Counted from the first letter of the stretch, positions 1 to 15,224 are shown. The stretch is DNA of 64,000 bases from Octopus vulgaris (GCA_951406725.2 OX597814.1:149730001-149794000), one strand, 5' to 3'. Numbers and translations: made by a program. The notes: generated from the sequence alone by a model not told the origin.

Positions 1-933
1 AGATTTCTCTTGAAAAAATACTGTAGTTAATTAGACAGCGTTACAAATTAGCAACTCATCAAATCCACGCAATCTTATTAAGCATGCTTAACGGACATTA
101 TAATGACTTAATCAATTTGGAAATCAAGAATTCTATGGAATGTTATCTATGAAACTATCAATCGAAAAGTATTTTTATTCTCGCAATAATTAGTAATTTA
201 TCTTCAGTAGCAGACAATTTGCGAAACTGCTTAACATCCTAAAGTTAGAGAAATTGCGAAGCAGCTTACCATCCTATCTAAATATGTATGTATATGTGTG
301 TATATTCTTTATATTCTATATATACCTCATGAAAGAATTTTCCTTGATTGGATTTACTAGATTTCAACTGCTTAGGACTCAACATTCTACTCCTATGTTT
401 ACCATGTGGTTTGTAGTCTGGTCCACTAAAGGAACATTTCTGTGATTTCCCCCGGTTTATATAAATCCATATATTATACATTAAATATATATACACATGA
501 ACAATATCAGTGTCACATACTCAAAGGATATATGTTGTTAAACGTTTTTTGGCCGCGATAGTTCGTCCCAGGAAGTGTGTTAAGAACCACGGTAGTCCCA
601 GGAAGTGAACGGGAACAACAGATATTGATATTTCACTGTCATTTCTACTCATCGGAGCCATTATACTCGATTCACCACGAAATGAAATGCTGGTCGAATT
701 TGAATCGCCGGCTTAAAGTGTATACAGAGAGCATAAAATATATGTGATGATGAGCAACAGCGCTGCACAGATAAAACAAAATTCAAATTTTGTGTTGGAA
801 GTTTCTCTATAATGTAGACATTTTCAATGTAACATTGTTAATGTAATGAGTTGCTAAATGCACTTTTGACTGCGGTATTTCACCCATTGAAGATCCTCTT
901 AACGATATATATGTATGTATATATATGTATATA

Positions 934-999
<66 letters not shown>

Positions 1000-1000
<1 letters not shown>

Positions 1001-1191
1001 GCAGGCATAGCTGTGTGGTAAGAAGCATGCTTTCCAAGCACATGGTTCCAGGTTCAGCTTGAGAAAGTGTCTTCTACTATAATCTCGGACCAATCAATGC
1101 CTTGTGAGCGGATTTGATAGACGGAAACTGAAAAAACCCCGTCGTATGTAAATATGTGTGTGTGTGTGTGTGTGTGTGAGTGTGTGTGTGT

Positions 1192-1234
<43 letters not shown>

Positions 1235-1291
1235 TGTATGTGCGTATCTGTTTGTGTGTCTGTGTTTATACCCCACCACCATCGCTTGACA
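1000..1291 (+). mobile_element. tRNA-derived SINE, family A (CORE-like), 3'-truncated, with internal (GT)n
   Basis: Head gcaggcatagctgtgtggtaag...ggttccaggttcag and body aagtgtcttctactata...gacggaaactga match the copy at 11180-11581. Confidence 0.8.
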
Positions 1292-1465
1292 GCTGAGCAA
1301 TCTCCAGTATAAACAGCCGAAATTGCAAAGATAATCTGGAACTCAACTAAGGACAGAAAATTCCGAATGACCCGTCCTTGTTTTCTTTGTATCTTCTGTC
1401 TGGATGTTTTGTTATCCCTTTTTTGTATCACCTAACTGTCTGGATGTTTTGCGTTCTTGTCCTAT
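1292..1465 (+). mobile_element. Fragment of a (TA)n-associated repeat, same family as 34735-35057 (putatively Penelope-like)
   Basis: Aligns by eye with 34877-35050 (gagcaatctc..cagccgaaattgc..gtatcacctaactgtc..ggatg..cgttcttgtcctat) and ends at (TA)n. Confidence 0.65.
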
Positions 1466-1472
1466 GTATATG

Positions 1473-1529
<57 letters not shown>

Positions 1530-1532
<3 letters not shown>

Positions 1533-1880
1533 GGTCCCGGGTTGATTCGGGGTTAACCACAGTAAATAAGGTACTCAATACATAGCAGAGTAAAATTAAT
1601 TTATTATATAGAAGGAGCTTCTACAGGACTAGAACTGTTTCATTCAAGAGAAATCTTCAGGAAGCTAGTTAACAAGAATTGTATTGGCATTTATACATTT
1701 AGGCAGGTTTACAGGGGTGGTGGTGGGGGACTTTATGGGGGTAGGCATAGCGCAAAAATATCATACTTGGGGGGAGTGGTCAAGGAGTCAGTGGTAAATT
1801 AGATAAAAGAATAAATAAAAGAATAAAAAAATATATAGAAGAATAGAGTTTTAGGTAAATAAGGAGATTCTCACTTATAC
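1530..1880 (-). mobile_element. Microsatellite-embedded non-coding cassette carrying a hammerhead (Penelope pLTR/retrozyme-like)
   Basis: Bounded by (TA)n and TA/CA repeats. Hammerhead at 1616-1666 is followed on the minus strand by AATAAA (1600-1605). Confidence 0.6.
1616..1666 (-). ncRNA. Type I hammerhead ribozyme motif
   Basis: Minus strand: AGCUUC-CUGAAGA-u UUC ucuu GAA u-GAAA-CAG uucuaguc CUG-UA-GAAGCU. Perfect 6-bp stem I, intact core, 4-bp stem III, GUA cleavage triplet. Confidence 0.85.
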
Positions 1881-1987
1881 CTATACACATATGTATACAT
1901 ATATACACACACACACACACATATACATACACACATACATACACACACACACATATATATATACACATACATATACATACATATATC

Positions 1988-2025
<38 letters not shown>

Positions 2026-2208
2026 TACACATATATATGCATATACATATACACACACACATGTATATATACACACACGACCACACATACATATACACAC
2101 AAAAAATATATACATACACACACATACACATACACACATACACACACATATCCACATACACACATGCACACACAACACACAAGTCCCTATATACACATAT
2201 ATACATAT

Positions 2209-2260
<52 letters not shown>

Positions 2261-2655
2261 ACCTATACATACCTACACATACACACATATTCATACAAAT
2301 ACAAACCCAATCCCTAATTTTAATTTTATTATCTTCATTTATTACTTTTGTTATCTTTGACCGCTGGTCACAAGCATCTTGGCTACGACAGCAAGTCCAT
2401 TTATCTTTCTACTTGAACACAAGCACTCACTCACGCACGCACACTCATTAGCACGCACACTCACTCATTCGTACACTCATACACATACACGCACGCACGC
2501 GTTATATTCATACATACATACATCTACATACATTCACATATATACACATACGTACGCGTACCTACAGATTCATGTCTACACGCTTAGAAGACTAGTCTAT
2601 ACATATACACCAATAAATATATATACACACATACATATACACCTACATACAAATG

Positions 2656-2689
<34 letters not shown>

Positions 2690-2820
2690 CGTATATATAC
2701 ATACATACATACACCCATACATACATACATATATACACATACACACACCCACACGTATACATATACATACATATAAGCGCATGCATACACACACACATAC
2801 ATACACATACACATATATAT

Positions 2821-2871
<51 letters not shown>

Positions 2872-3130
2872 TACATATACATACATACATATACATATAT
2901 ACACACACACATACATACACATATACACATACACACACACACACGCGCGCATCCATATATACACATAAGTACACACATGCGTAAAAGTATACATATATCT
3001 ATACATATGCTTACACATACACACACACACGCGCCTCCTTATGTTCATACTTACATGCATACTCAAAAAATAAATAATAAAATATATATACGTGCAGTTA
3101 TTCATATACATACATGCATACTCAAAATAT

Positions 3131-3166
<36 letters not shown>

Positions 3167-3200
3167 ATTTATATATATTTATATATATATATATCTATAT

Positions 3201-3267
<67 letters not shown>

Positions 3268-3300
3268 ATATATACAAATATTCAAGTAAACACACACTTT

Positions 3301-3406
<106 letters not shown>

Positions 3407-3407
3407 C

Positions 3408-3773
3408 GCGGCACTCCGTCGATAACGACGATAAGGGTTCCTGTTGATCTGATCAACAGAACAGCCTGCTAGTAAAATTAAGTGACTGAGCACTCCATAG
3501 ACACGTGTACCCTTAACGTTGTTCTCGGGGAGATCCAGCGTGACACAGAGTGTAACACGGCCCGCCCTTTGAAATACAGAAGCAGGAAGAAAGAGTGAGA
3601 GAAAGTTGTGGTGAAAGAGTACAGCAGGGTTCGTCACCACCCCCTGCGGGAGCCTCGTGGAGTTTCTGGTGTTTTCGCTCAATAAACACTCAAAACGCCC
3701 GACCTGGGAATGGAAACCGCGATCCTACGACCGTGAGTGCGCTGCCCAAACCACTGGGCCTTTGCGCCTCCAC
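3408..3773 (-). mobile_element. tRNA(Arg)-like SINE, family B, tail type i
   Basis: Minus-strand head gtggaggcgcaaaggcccagtggtttgggcagcgcactcacggtc with A/B-box-like motifs. Body shared with 10760-11050, 36912-37080 and 43508-43811. Confidence 0.8.
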
Positions 3774-4202
3774 ACACATACACACACACACATATATATA
3801 TGTTATTTTATATTATATTATATTATATTAATATTCAATTGATGGTTAGCTTAAATACTACTCACAGCTATTGTCAAGTGCTCCATCATATAGCAAGATC
3901 GTTCAGAATATATTTGGTAAATAAATATTTCTATGTCTGCAACGCAACAGTACTGCCGATTGTCGTCGGTGGAGATAGTGACTCACCAGCTAGACAGATT
4001 CTCATTTATCGAGAATGTCACAGGGTCGGATATGTGACAGAGCAGAAATGTCTCTATTCCCGACTTGACAAAGAATTATTTCTATAGTGTTAAATCACTT
4101 ACAAAAGTAACGTAACTCTTTCTTTTGATTAGCTACAAGTCCTCAGACGTGTGAGTTTTTCATATGAATCATACATATGGCTTTTTCAAAGCAATTATTT
4201 TC

Positions 4203-4530
4203 TATCTTTTCTTTTATCTTTGTCTCGTTTCAGTCATTAGACTGCGACCATACTGGAGCAACGCCTTGAGGAATTTTTAGGCGAATCAATCAATCCCAGT
4301 ACCTTTTTCTTAGCCGGGTACTTATTCTGTCGGTATCTTTTGCGGAATTGCTAAATTACGGAAACGTAAACACACGTCAAGCCGTGGTGGGGGACAAACA
4401 GACACAGAGACACACATAGATATATACATATACAACGGGCTTCTTTCAGTTTTCCCTCTACCAAATCCTCTCAAAAGACTTTAGCCTGCTATAGGAAAAG
4501 CAACGTTCTTACCATACAGCCATCCGCGCC
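4203..4530 (-). mobile_element. SINE family A, decayed
   Basis: gtttcagtcattagactgcgaccatactggagca...acgggcttctttcagttt...ccatacagccatccgcgcc matches 11180-11581. Confidence 0.75.
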
Positions 4531-4557
4531 GACACACAGCCACTCCTTCGTGATTTA

Positions 4558-5587
4558 TTCACAGCGGAGAGGGAAATGGAGCAAAAAGAGACACAAAGTG
4601 GAGAGACAACGGAAGAAAACAAAAAAAGAGAAGGGAAAAGAACATGAAGGAAAGAACAGCGAAAACAAGGAAAAGGAAATAACGGAGAAACAACAAGAGA
4701 AAGGAAGTAACAACACATTGAAGGAAAATGAAAACAAAGGGAAGAAAATAATAGAAAAGGAACAAAATTCACAGGGTAGAGAAGTAATAGAGAAAGAACC
4801 AAAACAGAGGCAAGAGAAAGGAAAGGAAAGTACATTAAAGGAAAGAGAAAAAAACAGGAAAAGAACAAGAGAAAGAACAGAACCAAGAGAAAGGAAAAGA
4901 TGGTATACAAAAAGGAAAAGAAACAACAGGAAAGGAACATAAGGCACAGGGTAGAGAGACGAGAGACAAAGAGCCAAAAAGACAAGAGAAGGAAAAAGAA
5001 AGAAGAGAAAGCAAAAAGAGAGAAAGAGAGAAACCGAGAGAGGAGAAAAAAGAGGGAGTAAGTCCTAAGAGAAAAACTAGAGAAAATGCAGGTACGAATA
5101 GAAGATTCAAATACTATGGAACATTGATCCATCACAGGCACTGTAAGGAGATGGAAGATCTAATAAGCGAAACAGATGGATATACATGGGTCAGGATGGG
5201 CACCGAATGGAAAGAAACGGGTGCACTCGTCCACGAGAACAACGCCGAGGCGTTCATCGAGGCAGCTGGCAAGAACGTGTCAAAACATATGAAATGCCGA
5301 CTTACAAGGTGGCCACGAACGATGGAAAGTTACCAAGATTTGGTAGAGATAATGGAGATTTGGTAGATAATGGAGATTTGGTAGAGATAAAAGAAAAGGT
5401 AATTTGGAAATGATAAAAAGAACTTTAAATTCTGAAAAAAAAATGTTGAACTTTGTAAAATTTTTGAAATGTATGTTGAAAATGTGTAAAATGTTTTTAT
5501 TTGAAAAATATTTTTAACGAATAAAAAATGACGAAATGTAACCGCTCGATTTCGGGGATCGAGTGGGCATTACACCACATTGTACAA
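4558..5587 (+). mobile_element. Unclassified ~1 kb purine-rich insertion with 16-bp TSD, broken K/E/R-rich ORF and 3' hairpin
   Basis: Flanked by actccttcg(t/a)gattta at 4542-4557 and 5588-5603. Frameshifted ORF pieces at 4550-4942 and 5124-5366, AATAAA at ~5520, hairpin at 5537-5574. Confidence 0.5.
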
Positions 5588-6286
5588 ACTCCTTCGAGAT
5601 TTAAGTGAATTAAAAGAGTATCAGTTTTAAACCAAAATTGTTTTGTGGAAACCATATATTAGCCAACTAGGCTACTGTTCCATGCCAGACTCTTATATGC
5701 TACAGCATCACACAATAACCTTGTCTTCCACAGACGTACCAGCCTTATAATTTTAACAAAACCAGTATTTTACAGGGTAAACTTTATACTCTCACACAGA
5801 AATCTATCTTATCATAAATATATTGAAAGATATATGTAACCAGATGTATATTGATTAGTGAGGTATCAAAATATAAAATTTCTATATGAGTTTAAAATGT
5901 ACGATTAATACTACAGCTGCTTTCTGATTCATTTCTAGAAAATATCTTTTTGTAGCACAATTTTTTAGGTTTTTATTTTTGTAATTATTTTTATTATATG
6001 TCATTTTTGACACTTTATTCCCAGATAAAGTAGAAATGAAATTATGTAAGTTTTACTTTTGTAAGAGCATTCTAGCACAATTTAAGAAAAAAAGGAAAAG
6101 AAATGTTCTATAAGATTCATTAAATCTAACAAGAAGGAATAAGTTTTTCTACCTTGAGCAAAAGAGAACTCATAAAACTTTCCGGCAACTGAAAATGTTA
6201 TGTATGTTTGTTATTTTTTCTCTCTTCTCCTCCAAATTTCACAAAATGTTCGCAGGCAGACTTTTCACTAAATTAAACTGATTTTC

Positions 6287-6287
<1 letters not shown>

Positions 6288-6323
<36 letters not shown>

Positions 6324-6557
6324 CGACGACGACGGTGGTGGTGGTGGTAGTGGTCATGATGATGGTGATGGTAATGATGATGATGTGACGATGATGACGA
6401 TATGACGATGGTGATGATGACGACGATAATGATGATGATTATGAGGATGATGATGTTGGTGGTGATGTGGTGGAGATGATGATGGTGGTGGTGGTGGTGG
6501 TGGTGCTGGTAGTGGTGGTGTTGGTGATGCGGTGGAGATGATGATGTGGTGATGATG

Positions 6558-6589
<32 letters not shown>

Positions 6590-6680
6590 GATATTGATGA
6601 TGATGATGTTGAGGATGATGATGATAATGATGATGATGATGATGAGGAGGAGGAGGAGGATGGGGATGATGATGATGATT
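6288..6680. repeat. Compound (GAT)n/(GGT)n microsatellite
   Basis: Directly visible. Confidence 0.95.
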
Positions 6681-7215
6681 GGTAACGATTACGACTAGTT
6701 ACCTCGAACTCCGGTATTTCAGTGCAATGTTTAGTTTAGTCTCAGAAAACATTCAAGTGATTTTGGTAAGAATAATTCTGAGCTACTATTGATAGCATTA
6801 AATCAATGTTCCATGCTAACTGGTTGTAAAATCGTTGTACAGAATCAGAATCAGAATCAGTTGCAATTGAAATGCTCCTAATTTAAGCCAATATTTATGA
6901 AAGAAAAATTATTCCATAGGAACAATTACTTCAGGCTATTCATGATGTATTTACATTGATAATTCTTAAGAAAAATAGAATAAAATATATGAAGCCATGT
7001 CTAGATCATTCACTGGCCACAGACAGTGCTTTGGTGGAAGCTTAGATCTTCAGATTGAAAATATAGGCTAAACCAACATTTATATTTTATTTTATTTTAT
7101 TCATATATAATTACTTTTCCTTCATTTTGTTTTAAGCATTATAACTTGTTCTTCTCGTGTTGTCTTTTCTTCTGTTCTTTTTGCTTTTGTTCATCCCATG
7201 TACAACATGTGTGTT

Positions 7216-7248
<33 letters not shown>

Positions 7249-7803
7249 TGTGTGTGTGTGTGTGTGAGTAAAGAAAGAGAGAGTGATAGTGGGAGAGAGA
7301 TCTAAATCTTGTTGTATTAGTGATGAGTGTAATTCTAAAGCTAAATCCTTGAAAATGCTAATTAAATCTTTTATATATTTATCTAATATATGGCAGTTTG
7401 TGTGGTGCGGGATTGTGAGACTATTTAATCGACAATGCTACATAAAATGATTTCAATTTTGTTTTTACGAGCACATGGTATTACTTCTCTGAAGCAGTTG
7501 TAAATATTACTAAATTGTCGTGGAGGAGGAAACATGAAGATGACGTTTATCATGTATATGACGTTGATTTTTGTATTGGTAGCCATATGTCAGTAAATTA
7601 AGTACATACATATGTCTGTGTTTCTCCTTTTGTATATATGTTTCTCATTTTATAATTCTAGTATTTTTCCCCTCGTATTTCTCCTTTTTCATGCGTCCTT
7701 TCAGACTTAGTTTATTTCCTTCTGGCAGCATTTTACGTCTCAACGTTTACCAGTCTAACTATTCATCTAATTGTCTGTATGTATTTTCTTTCCCCGTCCC
7801 GAG

Positions 7804-7846
<43 letters not shown>

Positions 7847-7854
7847 TGTAGGTA

Positions 7855-7912
<58 letters not shown>

Positions 7913-8136
7913 TGTAGGTATGTGCTTGTATATATATATATATATACGCACACATAAATATAACGATTAATCTTTGCATTATTTTTATCCCCGTGTTTAT
8001 CACTACGTATATTTGGTGTACTCATCTGTATGTACATTCGCACACACACACACACACACACATGTATGTGTATACGTATGTATATGCTTATATGTATATA
8101 TATGTGTGTGTGTGTATATACGTATATATATATATA

Positions 8137-8274
<138 letters not shown>

Positions 8275-8817
8275 CGTCAGTGTGACTCAATTTATCTCTT
8301 CGCATTTTTTGGTTTCCACTGCTATATTTTGCTCTCTCAATTCCTTCTTCTACCATTTCTCCGGACCTTCTCTCTTACAAACTTCCTCTCTCCATTTCTT
8401 TCCCTTTTTTTTCTATCTGCCAATTCATTTATCTTCTTCTCCCAGTCTCACTACACAAATCATCGCAACCTTATTAATCATCAAAAACCCACTGCTTCTA
8501 CCAAGAAACCCTGCTTGTCGAAGTTAGGAAAACAGCTAACATTTGCTTTGTTGCTTTTCCTAATACAACATCGACCACAACCCATCTTGGTAGTTTTGAT
8601 TACAACTAATAACAAGACTGTTGCACATGCGTGTCAACACAATTTGTCAGCCTCAAATCTCGCTCCCCATGTAACATTTACAAACTTTTTTTCCTTTTCT
8701 CTGTCTTTGTTTACTAAACGTTTATATTCTTCATATTTGTATTTTTTTACCAAATTATTCGCTGGCAGTCGGTTTCTGATTTTTAATCATTATCATCATT
8801 ATTTTCCATTCTCCACT

Positions 8818-9915
<1,098 letters not shown>

Positions 9916-10510
9916 TAATATTTTTTTTCTTTTTTACTTTTCGTCTCTTTTCTGTGAGAAATCTTGATTGCTCATTCATGGCTGCTTATCAGTCGAGGAA
10001 AACGATGTTTTGCTAATTCCAGTCAGTATTTACACGTTTGTATAAATTTTTTTTGCCAACGAAGCTCTAACTGTTTTACAAGTTTACATGATTGTTTGAT
10101 TGCTTTTGTAAACATGGTTGAGCAAATGTTTTGTGGGGAAAAGGGAGGGGGTGAATGAGATTGAGAGAAGTGGATACAGAGAATCAGACAAACGGATAGA
10201 GAGAGACAAATAGATAAATGTGCATAAGGACAGACATATTACAGGAATTGCGAACAACGGAATAAATGAATGAATGAACGAAACAACGAAAAGCTGGATT
10301 ATTAAACGAATAAGCAAATTAACGAATGGACAAATGAATAACATATTCTTTTTCGGAATAAAAAAAATAATAAACATTGCTGATTTTCATTGCAGATTAG
10401 AACAACTATTACGATGACTCAGAAGTGAAATCTTTTCGATTACCAAACTCTTTGGTTAAGGACTTTTTTGCATTTTGAAATCACTTGTTCCGTTGTATTT
10501 CATCATCATT

Positions 10511-10757
10511 GTGGAGGCGCGTGGATAAGTGGTTAGAGGTGTCAGCACCATGATCGCAAGATTGTAGTTTCGATTCTTGGACCGGGCGACACGTTGTGTT
10601 CTTGAGCAAAACACTTCATTTCACGTTGCTCAGCTGGTAAAAATGAGTAACGCTGCGATGGACTGGCGTCCCGTCCAGCTAGGGAACACATACGCCATTG
10701 AAACCGGGAAACCGGGCCCATGAGCCTGGCTAGGCTTTAAAAAGGGCTCATATATTT
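10511..10757 (+). mobile_element. tRNA-derived CORE-like SINE
   Basis: Head gtggaggcgcgtgg..agtggttag, B-box-like gtttcgattc, CORE-like gtgttcttgagcaaaacactt, tail ctgcgatggactggcgtcccgtccag...gaaaccgggaaaccgg. Confidence 0.8.
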
Positions 10758-10759
10758 TA

Positions 10760-11050
10760 GTGGAGGCACATGGCCTAGTGGTTAGAGCAGCGGACTCGCG
10801 GTTGAGGGATCGCCGGTTCGAATGTCAGACCGAGCGATGTATGTGTTTATGAGCGAAACACCTAAGCTCCACGCGGCTCCGCCAGAAGGTAACGGCGAAC
10901 TGCTGCTGACTCTTTCGCCACATCTTTCTCACACTCTTTCTTCCTGCATCTTGCAGCTCACCTGCGACGGACTGGCGCCCCTCCAGGTGGGGAACTTATA
11001 CGCCAAGGAAACCGGGAAACCGTGGCTCGAAAAGGAACAAATAAAAAACA
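10760..11050 (+). mobile_element. SINE family B, tail type ii
   Basis: tRNA-like head tggcctagtggttagagcagcggactcgcgg...ggttcgaat; close match to the reverse complement of 43508-43811. Confidence 0.85.
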
Positions 11051-11179
11051 ATTTCATCATTAAACTTAGCTGCAATGCTCCAGACAAGTGAGCTGCTACG
11101 TGGTAATTCGATCTGCTAGAAATAGCAGTCTCAAATATTAAGGAAAAATGTATGTATAATAGATTAGATACTGTAGTTA

Positions 11180-11581
11180 CTCTTTTACTCTTTACTCATT
11201 TACTTGTTTCAGTCATTTGACAGCGGCCATGCTGGAACACCGCCTTTAATCGAGCAACTCGACCCCGGGACTTATTCTTTTGTAAGCCCAGTACTTATTC
11301 TATCGGTCTCTTTTGCCGAACGGACACATAAACACACCAGCATCGGTTGTCAAGCAATGCTAGGGGGACAAACACAGACACACAAACACACACACGCATG
11401 TATATATATACATATATACGACGGGCTTCTTTCAGTTTCCGTCTACTAAATCCACTCACAAGGCTTTGGTCGGCCCGAAGCTATAGTAGAAGACACTTGC
11501 CCAAGGTGTCACGCAGTGAGACTGAACCCGGAACCATGTGGTTGGTAAACAAGCTACTTACCACACAGCCACTCCTGCGCC
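11180..11581 (-). mobile_element. SINE family A, near full length
   Basis: Minus strand ggcgcaggagtggctgtgtggtaag...ggttccgggttcagt...ccttgggcaagtg (CORE-like)...tgactgaaacaagt with (gagtaaa)n-type tail. Probable TSD ctRtagtta at 11171-11179 and 11581-11589. Confidence 0.88.
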
Positions 11582-12141
11582 TATAGTTATAGACATTCTA
11601 TTAAACAATAAACGCCAGAAAGGTTGTGGTTTGAACGTCTTTGATCATATTCCTCTTCGATCAGAACTGTCCTTGAGTTAAACAACGAGAGCCTCTAGTT
11701 TCTTAAACAATTGTTAGAAGATTTATAAATTATCTGACTTATGAAGCGTAAACATTGTTAAACAATGTTTCTTAAGAATCTTTGTGATACATGAAAAGAT
11801 TAACAAACTGCAGAGATTTGACATCTTTTTTTTTTGTTTTTCACTCCTTTTATTTTGCTTTCTGTCCTATCAAGTAAACGATGACCTATCGACTTTCCAC
11901 TGATATCATAAAACCGTGTAAGTTTTTCACAGATGTATTAAAAGGTTTTCTTAACGAATTCGGTGACTGAAAATGATTTACCAAGTTACTTAGACACTTA
12001 GCTGAAAGGTTAGGCAATAAAACCATTTGTTTCTTCATTTATTTCGAAGTTGGTTATTCTAAGACGCGTAAAAAAAAATGGTCTTAGGAAAATGGTGGAG
12101 GTGAGCGTCGTCAGTCAGCTGTATATTCTTTAGTAGTAGTG

Positions 12142-12214
<73 letters not shown>

Positions 12215-12621
12215 CAGCAGCAGCAGCGGCGGCGGCGGCGGTGGTGGTGGTGGTGGTGGTGGTGATAGTTTTTTTTCTTGTTCTTGGTCTTATTCTTGTA
12301 ATCAATGTTATTGCGATTCTTCTTCCTCGTTCCCCTCCATCTCCTCTTCTTCTTCTATTTTTTTTCTTTTTCCTTAGCCTTAAGTCAATACTGATCAAAC
12401 AAACCTGTGGGCAAAAGGACTACTGCTTGGTCCATTCGATATTTTCCAGACAGTGTGAGTGATACTACATCATCCAATGTATCCTGTTTTATTTTCCCTA
12501 AAATGAAGATTTAGCTTCTATTATCATCAACTCAAACCCCTATAAAGTAGCTATACATTAGCTGTATCTAGTACCTGTCAATAATTTGTTACAGCATCTT
12601 GATTTCAGTTATAGCTACAAA

Positions 12622-13507
12622 TACGAGGTGGTAGCAAAAGGTTCACGGACCAGTTATGTTAACCAAAAATAACTTATTGACCTAAGTTTTAACACAATCT
12701 CCTTCGAAATAGTCACATTGAGCAGCAATACAGTGGTCCCAGCGTTACTGCCACTTTTGGAATCCGGCTTTGAAGTAATTTTCCGTAAGCGAGTCGAAGA
12801 CTTTCTGCGATTCGCGCTAGATCTGGACAACGGTGCTAAAACGGCGACCTTTGAGCTGCATTTTCATCTTGGGGAAGAGACGGAAGTCCGCAGGTGATAA
12901 ATCAGGGGAATAGGGCGGGTACAGAAGCGACATCAGATTGTTTTTGGCGAGAAACTCACGAGTGAGAAGGGCTCAGTGACAAGGTACATTGTCGACGTAA
13001 GGAACCCAATTCTTCACGCTCCACATTCACGGAATGTCCTCCTTCAAACGCTTCAAAACGTTGCAATACAAGTCTCAATTGACGACCTGGCCCTGGGGAG
13101 TGAATTCTAGATGTACAATACTACCTTTCCGTGGATGGCGCTCGAGGCATGACTTCCAGATCGCTCATCATCTTCCGTGGAGGTTCCTCCGCTTTTCAAG
13201 CGCCCGTGCCACTCGAAACATTACATATTGCCTCGCCGCCGTAAGCTTGCCAAAGTATGCTCGATGTCTTTGTAGCAGACTTCTCGAGTTTAATGCAAAA
13301 TTTAACGCTGACAAAATCGCAGACTACAGCATACACCTGATCACAAAAACACACATTTTACAACTTGTGAAGTAAACATAGCTTTGTCATTCGACACACT
13401 TGCCTCATGAAGATCACTGCTAGTGCTCACTGTGTATTCAACCGCGTGCTGCCATCTGTTGGTGCGCTACAGAAACTAGTTCGGGAACTTTTTGATATCG
13501 CCTCGTA
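12622..13507 (-). mobile_element. Internally deleted mariner transposon
   Basis: TA-flanked ~32-bp imperfect TIRs (tacgaggtggtagcaaaaggttcacggaccagtt / aactagttcgggaactttttgatatcgcctcgta). Minus strand encodes PPYSPDLSPADFRLFPKMK and FQKWQ*RWDHCIAAQCDYFEGD, both mariner signatures. Confidence 0.92.
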
Positions 13508-15224
13508 AATATCTTAATGAGATAGGTAGTGGCAAAATAGACGGTGATGATAAAGGCAGGACTTGTCTTCTCTCTTGTTCTGCAATATATCAGGAACAAA
13601 AGTACTCGACGGTCAACGACTATGAACCCTATATTTAAATGACATACGATACACAGTATCGCTCCAACACACATAAACATTACTGAAGATGTGAAGAGCA
13701 TTTCGATAGCTTGCAGCACTTTGTTCGGTCCTTTCTATAATCTAACACTGAAGCTAGAAGTGACAATACTGCTTTTTACATTCAATTATATAACCAAAAC
13801 CGCCAAAGTGGATTCTAATGAAATCAATTGTTTTCGTTATGGACGGATGAGATTTAAGATTTTGTCAAATGTATTAATTATAAAACTGATGGCAGTGAAT
13901 TCTTCGTCTTTTTCGACGCTGAGCATTCATTTATTGATCGACTGAATTCCTACTCTTAGAAATAACGTTTAAGTGGCTGAATATTCTAAAGACACGAGTA
14001 CTCTGAATACAACTCCAAGACCGAATCATATTGTGACAAAAATAGATGTTTGAACTACAGATAAAATACAGAAAGGCACAAGTTGACATCGAAGAATCAA
14101 CACCACTTTACTGACCCTGAAAAGTTGAAATGCAAACGTGCTCTTGGCAGAATTTGAAGCCAGCGTGCTGAAAACAAAAACGAGTACCATAAGTGATGCT
14201 ATCTGACACTTTGATGTTTCCTGAAATTCATTGCTATTTACATAACTATCCCCAAGGATAACATTCTATTCTCTTTATATTTCAATACATGTGATTTGGA
14301 TCTCTGTTCTCTTAGCCATTTTGAACCATACTTAAAAAGAGTCACTTTAAACGAGGGAAGATTTACCAGTGTTCTAGTTAAGGGTGCAAAAATTTTAATA
14401 CCTTCGATCAGCTGGGAAAATGGCGCAGGTATTATTTGAAATTAGGAAGCCTGATCTTATGTCTGTGGAATAAATTATTTAAGAGAAAGTTGCTGCACAA
14501 TAAAAGCTACATACTCAGTAAACAGTGTGAAAATCTTGATTTATAAGTGAAGTCATTTCAGTTCACTTATATTCATTATCTCCCTTGAATTTGTGGCCTT
14601 AAGTTAGAATTCTGTGGAATGTTAACTAGATGGAAGTCATAATTCGCAGAGTTGATCGGAGACAGAGGAAATGAAATGATACCGGACGGTTTGTGTCCTA
14701 ACACTAGTTCTAAGATATGTCTTTTGAAATGAAGCTCTATTAACAATTTTATCAGGATGGCTAGTAGTCAAATTTATACCGTGCCAGAATAACGCGAAAC
14801 AATACGTTTTCTATCCTGTACACGATACTGTACTCTTCTTGTGCGGTAAAAATCATTGAACTCAAAAGTTACAGGCCACTAAACTGGATATAAATTATCG
14901 TTGCTATTGTTGATATACATTTCGATGATTTGCAGTACTAAGGTCAAACCTTCAACATGAATTACTTAGAAGTGCACGGGGAAGAATGAAAACGCTCTCG
15001 ATACACAAAACAGAGATAGAGTCCAGTGTAATACCCTTACCATCTAAATTAGCCTAATATGATCCATAGTGAACACCTCTACTTGATTGTTTGCTTTGCT
15101 AGAAATAGTTGCCAATTTTCCCTTAAATTACACTCTGCCGCCTTAAGGTTGTATAAGCTACTGCTGAAACGCTTCCGATCAGAAGTTTTCAAAATCGCTG
15201 CTTCGCTGGGAAATGCAACAACAA

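Noticed and set aside
10760-10835. tRNA-Arg-like sequence (also at 3700-3773 and 43740-43811)
   Set aside because: It continues into a SINE body and tail and has no proper acceptor stem, so it is a SINE head.
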